Source: Octopus bimaculoides (lineage: Eukaryota). Taken from it: a stretch of 64,000 bases of DNA. This document shows positions 1 through 13,432 of the stretch, one piece after another. Every line of letters begins with the position of its first letter. Positions within the stretch are counted from its first letter, which is position 1. A model generated the notes under the pieces. It ran no database searches and was not told the origin of the DNA. It was given only the letters and a program-made list of their open reading frames with translations. A program made the position numbers and the translations under genes. Location of the stretch: contig NC_068987.1 of NCBI RefSeq assembly GCF_001194135.2, forward strand, positions 74,789,945 to 74,853,944. Direction: 5' to 3'.

Positions 1-1115
1 GTGTGTGAGAGAGAGCTTGTATGTTTCTATATTCTTGTCTTAACATCTTGTGATAAGTGTATATGAGTGCCACTGTTACAGAAACAGTGTCATTGAGATA
101 GACAGACAGACAGACAACTATGTGCATGTCAGCATGTGTATATCTCTGTATGTCCTATCTATGTGTCTCTAATAGCCATCTTGTGTCTAAAACATTTAGT
201 TGGCAGATAAAATGTTTTGCAGTATTTATTGTGGCTTTCTAAACTCCTGAGTTTAAATTCCTCTAACATCAACTTTACTTTCCATCTTTTGTGGTTAATA
301 AAGTAGCACTAGTCCAGTACTAGAGTTGATTCCCCCACCTTCTCTTTCTCTCTCTCTCTCTCTCCTTCTGTGTGTGTGTGTGTGTGTAGGTAAATTGGCA
401 ATGTTCAGACATGTCATGATGTCCTCCTAATGGCTCCATCAGGAGTCAAAGGCTCCAATGAAAGAAGGATCTGCTAATCTATCCCTGTCCAAAGTCTTTT
501 ATAGGTCACATGTTTACTGTTGCTGGACCAAGGGAAGTAAGCATGAGTCACTATAGAATTTTAACGCATTACACTTCAAAACGCTCATACTAGTACACAC
601 ACCTACTTACACCTGTTGTGCATACAAAGAGATACATTTTAACCTCATGGATGTTTAAAGTGTTTACAAAGGAAGTACCAATAGTTCGATATCAGACATC
701 TACATTATGTCCATAATAATGTCTTATGGTTTTTGAATTATCAAAACATGTCCATGCCTCTTGTATCTGCAACCTCACTTCATTTGTTTATATTAAACTA
801 TAGGCATGAATGAACTTCAATGTGGTCATATGATTTGCTAGAAACGACAACCAAATCTCAAAACACTCTCTTTATTGAGTGATATAGTTTGGTGCACACT
901 GTAAAGAAAATTGATATGGCTAAGGATGATACATGTTTAGTGATAGGTCTGGTCAATTCATACAGCCTTCATGCTACCCCTGCCCAAAATACAACATGTA
1001 TAGGTCTGGTCTCATGCAAACACACACACACACACACTCGCACATGAAGTAAGGTATTTCTTTTGCTGTGTATTTCTGCTATATTGTCATTTCTGTTGTT
1101 TTGATTATTCCGCAG

Positions 1116-1218
1116 GAAATATTCCAACAATGTTAAATGGACCAACTTAAATCCAAGAGAAATGGTTGAAAAATCAGATATCAGTAACAGGGATGTCATA
1201 CTGGATGTAATGGATCGA
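1116..1218 (+). CDS. ptc: patched visible exon 1 ([34 protein letters not shown])
   Basis: cag|G...CGA|gtaagt; WTNLNP motif; joins the next exon in phase 0. Confidence 0.88.
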
Positions 1219-4200
1219 GTAAGTGTCTATTTCTTTTCTTCTCACTCTTCTTTCTCATCTTTTCCTCCCTTCTCTCTCTGTTTCTTCCTCTTTCTCTCTT
1301 TGTATCTTGACAGAGGGTATTGACACTTCTCATACATACCGTATGTCAACTGTGCCAAACATAAGACCACTAGACTGAAATCTGGCCTGCAGTAATAATA
1401 TTTAGTATCATTGGTTACAAGTTTCCAACAGACCAACCAAACAATGATTCAGAGTACTCAAAAATGTAGAGTTTACTTTTATTTAAATATATGCTTTATG
1501 CTTGTACAGTTTCAAGTTTTCTTTAACTCCCTTCAAGGGACATTACATTCTGATTACTTTGTCAAATTCACATTATTTTCAATTAATCATGCATTATGTT
1601 GTGATTGCTTATTTTCAAGGATGACATTGTAGGATAAGTGTGAGGGGCTAACTCTAGCCAATTTGAATATAAAATAGGTAGAATATTTAGGTCAGATATA
1701 TTTAAATGCTAAAAGGCTGAAGTGACTTTCTTACTATGTTTAATCTTTCATCTTTTCGTCAATCAGTCTATCAAATAACTCTGAGTGGCAACAGACTGAA
1801 TAACCAACTCCAAAATGAGCATGTATGTGAGGAGTGTACGCTTTTTTAGTAGGTCTGCCTGTATGAGAACTGCCCTTGCTAGATCACTATGTTTCATATA
1901 GAAAGATATGCTAGTGTCCAAGGATCCAGTTGTGTTTGAACTCACATTTATGATCTCTAAACTATGTTTTGTGTTCTCTGTCTGTCTCTCTTTCTTTTGG
2001 TTTCCAGATGTTCCATACATCTAAGCAATCTTATCCATCCACCAACCAAAATTCCATATCTGTTGCCTTACATTTAAAATTAAGGGCATTTACAGCTCCT
2101 TACTATTGTTTCTTGTATTAGAGATCCTTTTCCCATTTTTTCTACTACTGTTATTCCCAAATCCACATGAATCCCAGGATAGGACCAAGTAACACCAAGA
2201 CAAAAGAAAATGGTGATCCCCCCAAACTTACTTCTAACATCTGACAAAAGGGCCTGTTTATTTATTTATTCGTTTTCTCCCTGGAGGTGCAGTTTTACAA
2301 GATCTTGACAAGGATGTTTATATCCTGAGGTCGCAAATCTCTCAACCTCAACCTTCTTTACACACCATCTGGCACCCACCAGCCTTTACACCTCTATAGC
2401 ACCACCACTGCCACTTGACTTCCATGCCACTAGCAATCATCTACACCATTACAACAACACTCCATTACCATCTCCACCACTGCAAATGTCATTCTTAACA
2501 TGCTCACCACCTCTACTATCACCATCACCAACACTACCACCTCCATCACAACCACTACTGCCAACCATCCACCACCACTATCACTTCCATCATCACTGCT
2601 ACCATCACCAATAGTGCTGCCATGATCACTACCATGTCCGTCATCATTGCTTGTCATCACAAATGGTAACTGTACCCCCCACCACTACATTAAGCAGCAT
2701 GGCTAACATCACTATTACTACCACCACAATTACCTTCATATCTACTACCACCTTTGTAACTACTGCCACAAACACTACTACTACTACTACTACAGCTGTA
2801 ACGGTCGCCAGCAGTATACTACCACTACAACAATCACTACTACTACTACAACCATCAGTGGCATACCACCACTCCCTCCACTATCATTGCCTCCACTCTT
2901 TTTATTCCCAGTGCCCAGTCTTTTTGTTTATGCACCAGTGTCCCCTATTTCCTGTTGTAATTTTAAATGGTCTTTCCTACTCCTCCTCACCCTAACACAG
3001 CCTATCAGAGAGGAAGGGACATCTGGAAAAAAAAGATACCCCCCCCCACTCTTGCTGCCTTTATTCATTGGCTGTGTGTGTGTGTGTGTGCACATGTGTA
3101 TGTACATGTGCACACGTACATAAACACACATTAATCAAATGTACACACACCTATGCTAATTACATTTATACACCCAAATCAGTGATGGGAGTGGAGGGAG
3201 CAGCAATTTGGTTACTCAACCTGTTAGAAATAGTAGCCAAATCTCCCTCAAAATCATACACGTGTTTTTATAGAGGACAAAAGACATTAGATAATGTTCT
3301 CCTACATACAGCTAAAAAAGACAAAGTGGTGAGGAATTTGGAATTTGATGATGTCTGTTTGATAAGGGTTTGGTCAAATTGACAGTCATTAAAACATCAG
3401 GTATTTTTCGTTATGGCTTTCATTCTAGCTCTGTGTGCTCTGATAACCAAACTCCTACACATCTAAAGTCTCCAAGCACATTTTTTTCTGTGTGTCCCTA
3501 CACCTACCTCTGCAAGTCACACACTAAGCACTTTGGGTTATCCTTCCTATCCAACATCAATCCTCTGGAATCCTACCCCATGTACCACAACTTAACTTTG
3601 TAGCCCTGTCAATGTTTGCAGTGAACATCAATCATATTAATGTAACCCAGTGATTTTTGACTGGGTTCTACATGGCTTCTGCAAGTACATAGAAGATTTT
3701 GTTGTTAAAATTTATCTGCAAAAAATTGGCTACACTTCTACAAGACACAAAATATCTTAACAATTGCTTTTATACAATTCCTAAGAATATTTACTTATAA
3801 AAATATAATAGGGTTTTTTTTTCTTCTTAACATCAAATGACTAGAAGGGTCCACCTGAGTAAAATAGGAATCAAAGAGGTCCACAATAAAAAAATAGTTG
3901 AGAAACACTGATTTAACCAATTTTGGATGATCTGCAAATCTTATGGGCACTGTCCCTTCTTGACTGAGCCATGGATTTTTTTTTGGGGGGGGGGAGTTGT
4001 TTTCTTGCATCTTTTTTCTTTTCCTTTTTCCTTTTGTTTACACTTTCCCTCATTGCACATGGTCCTTCACTCATTACCCTCTCTATTTTCTCTCTGTCCC
4101 CCTTTCATTATTCCTTTCATTTTTTTNNNNNNNNNNGAGTTGTTTTCTTGCATCTTTTTTCTTTTCCTTTTTCCTTTTGTTTACACTTTCCCTCATTGCA

Positions 4201-7091
4201 CATGGTCCTTCACTCATTACCCTCTCTATTTTCTCTCTGTCCCCCTTTCATTATTCCTTTCATTTTTTTCTCTCTTTTTCAACCAGGCTGGTATCAAAAG
4301 TGGCTACCTAGAAAAGCCATGTCTTAATCCAAAGGATCCGAAATGTCCCAGCTTAGCACCCAACAAACAATCAGGATTGGTAAGTTGTTTTCTTCTTCCT
4401 TCCTTAATTCTTTTTTTAATTTTTTTCAACTTCTTTTTTTCCTCTTAATTTTTTTACCTTTACATTTCCTTATTGTATTTACAGCCCCCAGACATTGGAG
4501 CTGAGCTCACAAATGGCTGCACTGGCTTTGCTACGAAATACATGCACTGGCAGGAAGACTTGATTATAGGTGGCATTAGAAGAAACAAGACAAATCACAT
4601 TGTTCGGTAAATATGCAATCCCCTTTTATTGGTGCTGATGATGGTGCTAGTGATACTGGTTGGTAGAAGTTGCTGCTGCTGCTTAGTTCCATGTTAGCCC
4701 TGATCAAGCAGACCTTTGTTCAAAGACAGTTAAGGCCATTGGATATAGTTTGGTAGGAGATTTAGACTACTATTTGCAATAGATAGAGCAACCAAGTAAA
4801 GGTTTCCTGATTGGTACCTGATGATGCTTGTTGTTTAGCCCCAGGTCAATCCTGATTGAGCATATCCATGATTGTGGGCATTCTAACCATGACAACTTTA
4901 TCTCTTTAGAGTCACATTGGATTACATTATCCAAAGTATCTTTTGGATTTTTGAAGTGGCTCATGACAGGATTTGAACTCAGTAGCATGTGTCTGAAGCA
5001 TGACCACCATTTAGAGCGAAGTCACGATAAGCTTTTGACAAACTAAGAGTTACAGCTCTTGCGCAGGTATTATTCCAAGTTGGTGAGACAGTTAATTTCA
5101 TTTACCTGCAATTAGACAACATCTTGGAGAAAGGTGGTCACTAACAGGGTGCTCAAATTACAGGAAAATGAAATTCTTCACTGGCAAACTCATTAAGATA
5201 TTTTCTTTTCATTGTGAGTCAGTGTTCGCCTTCATATTCTTTTGTAGTCTACAGTTAGAGAGCTTCACCACACAATGTAACCTATTTTACTTAATATTTG
5301 GTACTCATTCTTTCATTACTGGTAAGAAAAATGGGAAAATATGTAGATGATAGTGTTTCCATTTACTAACTTTAGTTAGCATAAAAATACACCTAAGTAC
5401 ATAAACAATATCACACACACTCGTGCATACATACATAGATGTCTCAATAGTAGCTTTAACTCTCTCAATGTTTTACTTTCATCTCTACCATTATAGAGCA
5501 GAGGCTCTACAGTCCATAATCCAGTTGATGGGTGAGAAAGATATGTTTGAATATTACCAAAATGTGAGGAAGGTACGCACCATTGACTGGACCATGAACA
5601 AGGCCAAAAGGATCCTGGAAACGTGGCATCGCAAGTTCACAGCTGTAAGTACTTCATTCTTTTCGCAAGAGAGGGATTTTTGCAAAAATCTGGTCTTCCC
5701 ATTGCACAATTTAGCCTAACTAAACATTTTCATCCAAAATTTAACCTGCTTAGCTCTTCTTTACATAGTTTTTGTCTACACTTTCGCTACTAACCTGCCT
5801 CATATTGCCTCTTTCTATGATACAAAACTTCTTGATTAAAATGTATTTAAATTAAAATTCTTCCATTATAATTTTTTGGAAGAACCTTTTCATAAGTTTC
5901 AAATTTCTGTATAAAAAGAAAAATATTAGTCCTCAGTCAAACCGGCCAACCCATGCTAGCATGGAAAGCGGACGTTAAACAACGATGATGATGATGATGA
6001 TAAATGCACCTCCAAATTATTGATTATTAAAAAAAGGAAAGCTATTGATGCGTAAGTAATGTTGGAAACAAATATAGGCATTGAAAAATTAAGTGATTCC
6101 ATTTTGTAGTTTTATTGAGTATTCCTGTAGCTTCATATTCAGAGTAATTCCAGTAAAAAAAGGATATATTATTTTTATCATTTACTGGTATATTAAGCTA
6201 ATATGTAGAAAATAAGTTTCAGAAAAATAAAATTTTGTATTATATGATGGTAAGATTTTCCATTATGATTTAATGGTATTGAACAGGTTGGCACTTACAA
6301 TATGACTGACCATCCATAAAAACATCTCAGTTTTTTGGGCTGTCAATTAGATAGCAATTTAATTGTATGTGATGTTTTTGTTTAAACAGGAAGTGGACAA
6401 CATATACAATGGCAAGCATCAGCAACACATTCATGTATTCTCATCAACATCTCTGGCTGATATCATGGAAAAGTTTTCTAGTGTCAGTGTTGTACGCATT
6501 GCTTTGGGGTACATTGTAATGGTGAGTATATCTCTTCTGATTCATCCTTTCCTCTTTTTTTTTTTTTTTTTTTGGGGTGTGTTTGTTCCAACTCTCTATG
6601 CTCTGAGTTCAAATCCTATAGAAATTAACATAACCTTTCATCCTACAGGATCAATAAAAAATTCAGGATGGTGGGGTAGTAAAAAAGGATATATATATAT
6701 CAGGAGTAGCTGTGTGGTAAGAAGCTTGCTTCCCAACCACATGGTTCTGGGTTCAGTCTCACTGCATGGCGCCTTGGGCAAGTGTCTTCTACTATAATCT
6801 TGGGCCGACCAAAGCCTTGTGAGTGGATTTGGTTGATGAAAGAAGCCCATCGTATATATGTGTATATATATCTAGGTATGTGTTTCTTTTTGTGTCTGTG
6901 TTTGTCCCCACCATCACCACTTAACAACCAGTGTTGGTGTGCTTACATCCACATAACTTAGCTGTTCAGCAAAATAGACTGATAGAGTAAGTACTAGGCT
7001 TACAAAGAATAAGTCCGAGTCGATTTGTTCAACTAAAGGGTGATACTGCAGCATGACCACAGCCAAATAACTGAAAATATATATATGCATG

Positions 7092-7142
<51 letters not shown>

Positions 7143-8743
7143 TATAAATATATATCTATATAAGAAGTCATCTGTGGAAGGGGGAGAATTCATTATAATT
7201 GTTATTTTTGTTTTAATTTCAGTTGCTATATGCCTGCATATCTTTGTTGAAGTGCAATGATGCTGTTAACTCTCAATGTGTTATTGGTATTGCTGGTGTA
7301 TTGCTTGTTGGTCTTTCTGTAGCAGCTGGTCTTGGCTTATGTTCTGTGTTGGGCATCAAGTTTAATGCGTCCACAACACAAGTAAGTAGCAATTTTGTTT
7401 CATTTGTTTTTCCTTACCTCATTTTATGTATGAAAACATTTATTTAGATATTTCTTTAGTCTCAAAATTAAAAGCAGAGTTTTGTGGTGAAATTTTACTG
7501 GTTTATGTCAGCATAAATCATTTGGTAGAGTTTAAAAACTTGGATGAGTCCATGTGTTGAGGCAAGATGGAAGGACAGATATTTATATAATACTTAATGA
7601 ACTTATTGTATAGAATGCTTAGGTGCACTACAACTCATCAGAAAAGTAACCAAAACTGCATAAACAGTACATAGAATATGCACAGGAAGTGAACAGTGAA
7701 AAAGTCTTTCAAAAAACAAAAAAGAAGAACGAAGAAACAGGAGTGGAGAACAGGTGTACTGTTGGCAAATTTCTGGAAGCATGGAAGCTCCTTGTCTAAG
7801 AGAGAATTTATATACTGTAAAATATACTCACACCTCCCAATTCATAAATATATAATGTGAAACACTTATTTATTGATTTTTTTTTTCTTTCAGATTGTTC
7901 CATTTCTAGCTTTGGGTCTTGGAGTTGATGATATGTTCCTCATAGCTCACACCTATGCTGAAAATAGCAATAACATTCCTTTTATGGTATGTATTTATGT
8001 ATCTTTCTATATATATAAATGACTTTGTTTCACATCTGTTCTTCCATGCAAATATGGCTCAGTTGGGGAGCATTTAAGGCAGCATTTTTACCCCTTGGTG
8101 CTCTTTTTGTTACCAATGTATTCCTGTTTTTCATTTAAGAGATTCATTATTCGAGAGGAATTCAAATGTGCAAAGCTGGCGTATAATCTATTGATGAGAA
8201 ATGTCAATAAATATCACCGTAGTCTGTAGTCACAGCTCAGTGTAGTCTGTAAGCATTCACTCAAGACTTATACATGCATGCACACATGCGCATACACACA
8301 CACATATATATATACATATGTGTATGTATGTGTCTATGTACAATGGACTATTTAACCATGTTACCAATGGAAACATGGTAGATTTAAAAAATACTTTGTT
8401 AATTAATCAGAAGAATACTACAAATGAGTAAGCAGTTTCTTTGTATGCTAAATTTTATTTTTATATCTATTCATGCTGCCAGAGATGCTCGTAAGTATTT
8501 CTTTCCTCTCTTCCTTTTCACTCATTACACACCCTCTTCATGTTCAAATGGTTGGACTTTTTTTTTTTGGTGTTCTTTAGTTTCATATATTTTTGTATTC
8601 TTTTTGCTGGTATTTATTTTGTTCTCTATTTATCAAATGGCTAGGTCCATCTTGATGGACAAATAAATGTCACAAGATAATTTTCTTCAACATACCCATT
8701 TACCCATGATCCCTAGCCAATACATACATGCACATACACACAC

Positions 8744-8780
<37 letters not shown>

Positions 8781-8814
8781 CATACATTTTCATACATTTT
8801 CATAAACATTTACT

Positions 8815-8845
<31 letters not shown>

Positions 8846-9266
8846 ATTAAGGGCATTACTATACATAAATGCCTCACACTAGACGGGACTCTAAAAGTCA
8901 AAACTACCATAATAAGCACAAACGTGAGGCATTTATGTATAGTAATGCCCTTAATATAAATAAATATATTTATAGGGAATAATTGATGGATTTTTCACTT
9001 ATGAGNNNNNNNNNNNNNNNNNNNNNNNNNNNNNNNNNNNNNNNNNNNNNNNNNNNNNNNNNNNNNNNNNNNNNNNNNNNNNNNNNNNNNNNNNNNNNNN
9101 NNNNNNNNNNNNNNNNNNNNNNNNNNNNNNNNNNNNNNNNNNNNNNNNNNNNNNNNNNNNNNNNNNNNNNNNNNNNNNNNNNNNNNNNNNNNNNNNNNNN
9201 NNNNNNNNNNNNNNNNNNNNNNNNNNNNNNNNNNNNNNNNNNNNNNNNNNNNNNNNNNNNNNNNNN

Positions 9267-9313
<47 letters not shown>

Positions 9314-10228
9314 GTATGTATATTAATATATTGAATCTCACTAATCTGTATACATTGATAGATTTCTCATGAAATTCCTTGCTTGGGACACATGAAACCT
9401 TAGCTGAGTAGGTATAACTGGTTTCCATCAATGCAGATTTTCAACATTAGTCTTTTTAACATCATAATCATCATTATCATAATAGAATTATCCATCTTCC
9501 CACAATAAATCATATGTCACATTCATTGCATCTTTTTTTCTTCCCTTATTTCAGGAGCGGACTGGGGAATGCTTGAAAAGGACTGGTGTTAGCGTTTTAC
9601 TCACCTCTGTCACCAACATCATGGGTTTTCTGGCTGCTGCTATTATCCCTATACCAGCATTAAGGGCTTTTTCTCTTCAGGTCAGTACATATAATATATA
9701 ATCATCATAATCATCAGCAGCAGCAGACATCTTTGTTTCGTTCTTCTATGCTAGCATGGACTGAAAGTGTCTTGTTCACCAGTTTCATTACACTTCATAC
9801 AACCACTTGTAATCACTTTTCTGAGATTCAACATCTTGAAATATATGTATATGTATATATAAATATACAAGTATATTATTAATAGATAATAATATTAGTG
9901 GCAATTCAAAGTGTGAACCATGCAGGCAAGTTTTAAAAAATATGATGGAACTAGAAAAGTACCAGCTTTGCTAGAGGTGGGAATCAAATGAACTCCGAAG
10001 CTGCAGAAAGCTCACTTAAAAACAAGCATGGTGAAATTGGGTGGTGAATAAACATTTAAGCTCTTACCTTTGTGAAGGCTGCAGAGCAAATGGTAGATAA
10101 CTTAATACCAGTTTTGGGCTTTGAATTAAACAATACTTGTCCTGTTTTCAGTTAAATTTACCATGAAAAAAGCTAAATTTAAAGATGTTCGCCTCACCAT
10201 GCTTGTGTGTTCGTATACACATACACAC

Positions 10229-10276
<48 letters not shown>

Positions 10277-10656
10277 CATAATTATCATTTAACATCTTTG
10301 TTCCATGTCGACATGGGTTGAACAGTTTGACAGGGTTCAACTTCTGTAAATATATAACTGCAAAAACACACACAAAAACATGAAGTGTATTGTAGTTCCC
10401 TCTATCATTTGTTGGCCCAGGACTCTAGTAGAAAACGTTTATCCATAATGTCATGTATTGGAACTGAAATTACATGGCTACTAAGCGAACTTAATCACAG
10501 CCATGCCTGCTCCTCTGTGTGTGTGTGTGTGTAATACTAGAAGTTTCTTTGCATGTTTCAGTTTACCTTAGTGTAAGAGTGAGTGTCTCTACATGAGAGA
10601 TATAGGGAATGGATGATATCAGTAATAGTGGGGGAGGGGGGAATGTTGTGTGTGTA

Positions 10657-10702
<46 letters not shown>

Positions 10703-10729
10703 TACCTATATATAAATTTTATATATAGA

Positions 10730-10816
<87 letters not shown>

Positions 10817-11459
10817 GTGTGTGTGTGTGGAGAGAGAGAGAGATTCTTCTAGAATTTATATATATGCATACATATATATGTATGTATGTAAAATTCTAGA
10901 CACATCTCTACATGTTCTTGTTTATTCTTGTGTAAGAGTGGGTGTTTCTTGGTGAGAGAGATGTGTTAGGTTGGTGGCTGTAACAGAGGGTAGAGGTGGG
11001 GACAGAGAATATATGTGCAGATGTTGTATGGGGTGGGGATAGAGCAGGGAGGGTGTCCACAGGGCTTAGTGGATTAAGAAGTGAAAGCAGGGCCACCCAC
11101 CACCACACTTTGATGGTGATGATGATGAGGAGGATGATGATGGTGGTGGAGGTGGTGGTGGTGGTGGTGTTCTGCCTGCTGTTTCAACTGTCTCAAATGT
11201 TTTAACACTATCAACCCATACATCAATTTCCTATCACTCAATAACACCATCATCACCACCACCAATGCTTTTTCTTACATCATCATCATCATCAACAACA
11301 ATAACAGTATCGTTCTGCTGCTCCTTCTCAATCTTTCTGGCTCTTGTTTTGTTGGCCTTTTTTTTTTTATTCTTAAGTCATATTTGGGTCAGGATAGTTT
11401 TCTTCACCAGTATACCATCACAAGCACCACCATCACCACCACACTTTCTTCTACTACTT

Positions 11460-11504
<45 letters not shown>

Positions 11505-13400
11505 TTTGTGGTGGTGACAACTTACTACCACTGTAGTATTACTGCTACAACTGTCACCACCATCAATACTACTACTACTACCACCACCACCACTACTATT
11601 TCTAACAACAACTAAGACCACAGCAACTATTAAGAAATGGAGAACTCTATCAACCAAATTTCCCTTAAAACGTTTTCCAATGTCTTGGAATAAAGTAAGA
11701 AACATTGGATACTATAGATGTAGAGTCCATGGTCATGGCTGGAATTTCTTTTGACCATAAGTCTTAATCAATCAAGGCTGACTTGTTACTAGCCAAAAGT
11801 GATGACCACCACCCCTACTGCTATTATATGCTTCCACCATTACATTTGCACTACCTTCAACAGTACCAACCTGTTTTCACTTTCTCTAGCACCACCAACA
11901 CCACTTTTGCCTCCATCTATTTACACTGCCCAAACCGTAATAATATCTGATTCTAGTTTAGACACAAGGCTACCTATTTTTGTTGGGGGTGGGTTAGTTG
12001 ATTAGATGGACTTCGGTATTCACCTTGCACTTCATTGCATCGCCCACCCCAATATTTGATGCTGACTGGTAATAAAAACACAATTTTGGCTAGGAAAAAA
12101 GTCACAATTACTTTATGTGATCTGCCAGAAAAAATACTGGTTTCAAATTTTGGCACAAGGCCAGCAATTTCAGGGAAGAAGTAAGTCGATTACATTGACC
12201 CCAGTACTCAAATGATACTTATTTTATCAATCTGGAAAGAATGAAAGCTAAAGTCAGCCTGAACAATTTTGACGGGGAACTCAGAGCATAAAGAGGGATA
12301 AAATGTTGCTAAGCATTTTGCTCCAGGTGCTAATAATTCTGCTGACTCACTGCCTTAAGGCCAGAAGAAATATACTGAAAGCCATTTTGTCTGGTGCTTT
12401 GATGATCTGTTGTTAGTTCACCAACTTAACAGCCACACTAATGTTACAATTGATCCACATATTACTACTGACACTAATTGTAATAGTACCACCCACACCA
12501 ATACTTCTAGATACCTAGATGCAACTTGACAATCATTTAGCACTTACACATAATGTGCCACCTGTTTGTATACACATGTAGTATTTATTCTACTTATCTG
12601 TCAGTCACCTTACATCATCACTATTAAGTTTCATTCTTCATTGTTATACACCACTTGTCAGTACTTAATGTAGTGTGACATCAATAAGAACTTATTTATT
12701 GTATTATACCTGTTGATATTTACATGTAGTGTTCTGCCTGTAAGGGTACATGATTGTAACGTTCCACCTGTCAGGTGCATACATATAGTATTCCATCTGT
12801 CTGTTACCTTTCATCATTTCTGGGGATGACTGTTTTGTGAGGGAAGGACTGGGAAAAGTTGTTAGTGTGAGGTATGAGAAATATATTAGCTTATTGTCAC
12901 TTCTTGTTAACAAATAACCAAGAACTTTGGCAATGTGCTATGCTTGAGAGGACCCATCAAGCCGAGTGCACCCATGCTGGTGGCACGTAAAGAACATCTT
13001 TTGAACGTTGGGCCTCACGGAAGCAAAGTGGCTGAGTTCCTTTTGAGCATTGGGCCTCACAAAGGCAAAGCGGCTGAGTTCCTTTTGAGTGTTGGGCTTC
13101 ACAGAGGTTAGGTGGCTGAGTTCCATTACACTCTTGGAGTGGTTGGCATTAGGATGGGCATCCAGCCATAGAAAACCATGTCAAATCAGACTGGTGTCTG
13201 GTGCAACCTTCCAGCATACCAGCCAAGTCAAACCATCCAACCCATGCCAGCATGGGCAATGGATGTTAAATGATGATGATGTGAAAGTACACAAAAAACA
13301 CTAATGTGCAAACATGTTCATATATGCATGCTCATGCTATTCTCATACACTCTAATAATTACATATATAGACACACAACACACTCTCACCCTCTCTCTTC

Positions 13401-13432
<32 letters not shown>

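Noticed and set aside
1990-2090. Strong polypyrimidine tract plus CAG at about 2007 as an extra ptc exon
   Set aside because: No Patched-like translation or matching donor; exons 1116-1218 and 4287-4379 already join in frame
3994-4269. Exact 133-bp tandem duplication next to ptc exon 2
   Set aside because: The two copies flank a 10-N gap and are identical, which is typical of an unmerged contig overlap (assembly artefact)
8970-9431. ORFs spanning N runs or (TA)n/(CA)n tracts (poly-IY, poly-X), here and at 20.4-21.3, 32.4-33.1 and 36.8-37.8 kb
   Set aside because: Artefacts of gaps and microsatellites
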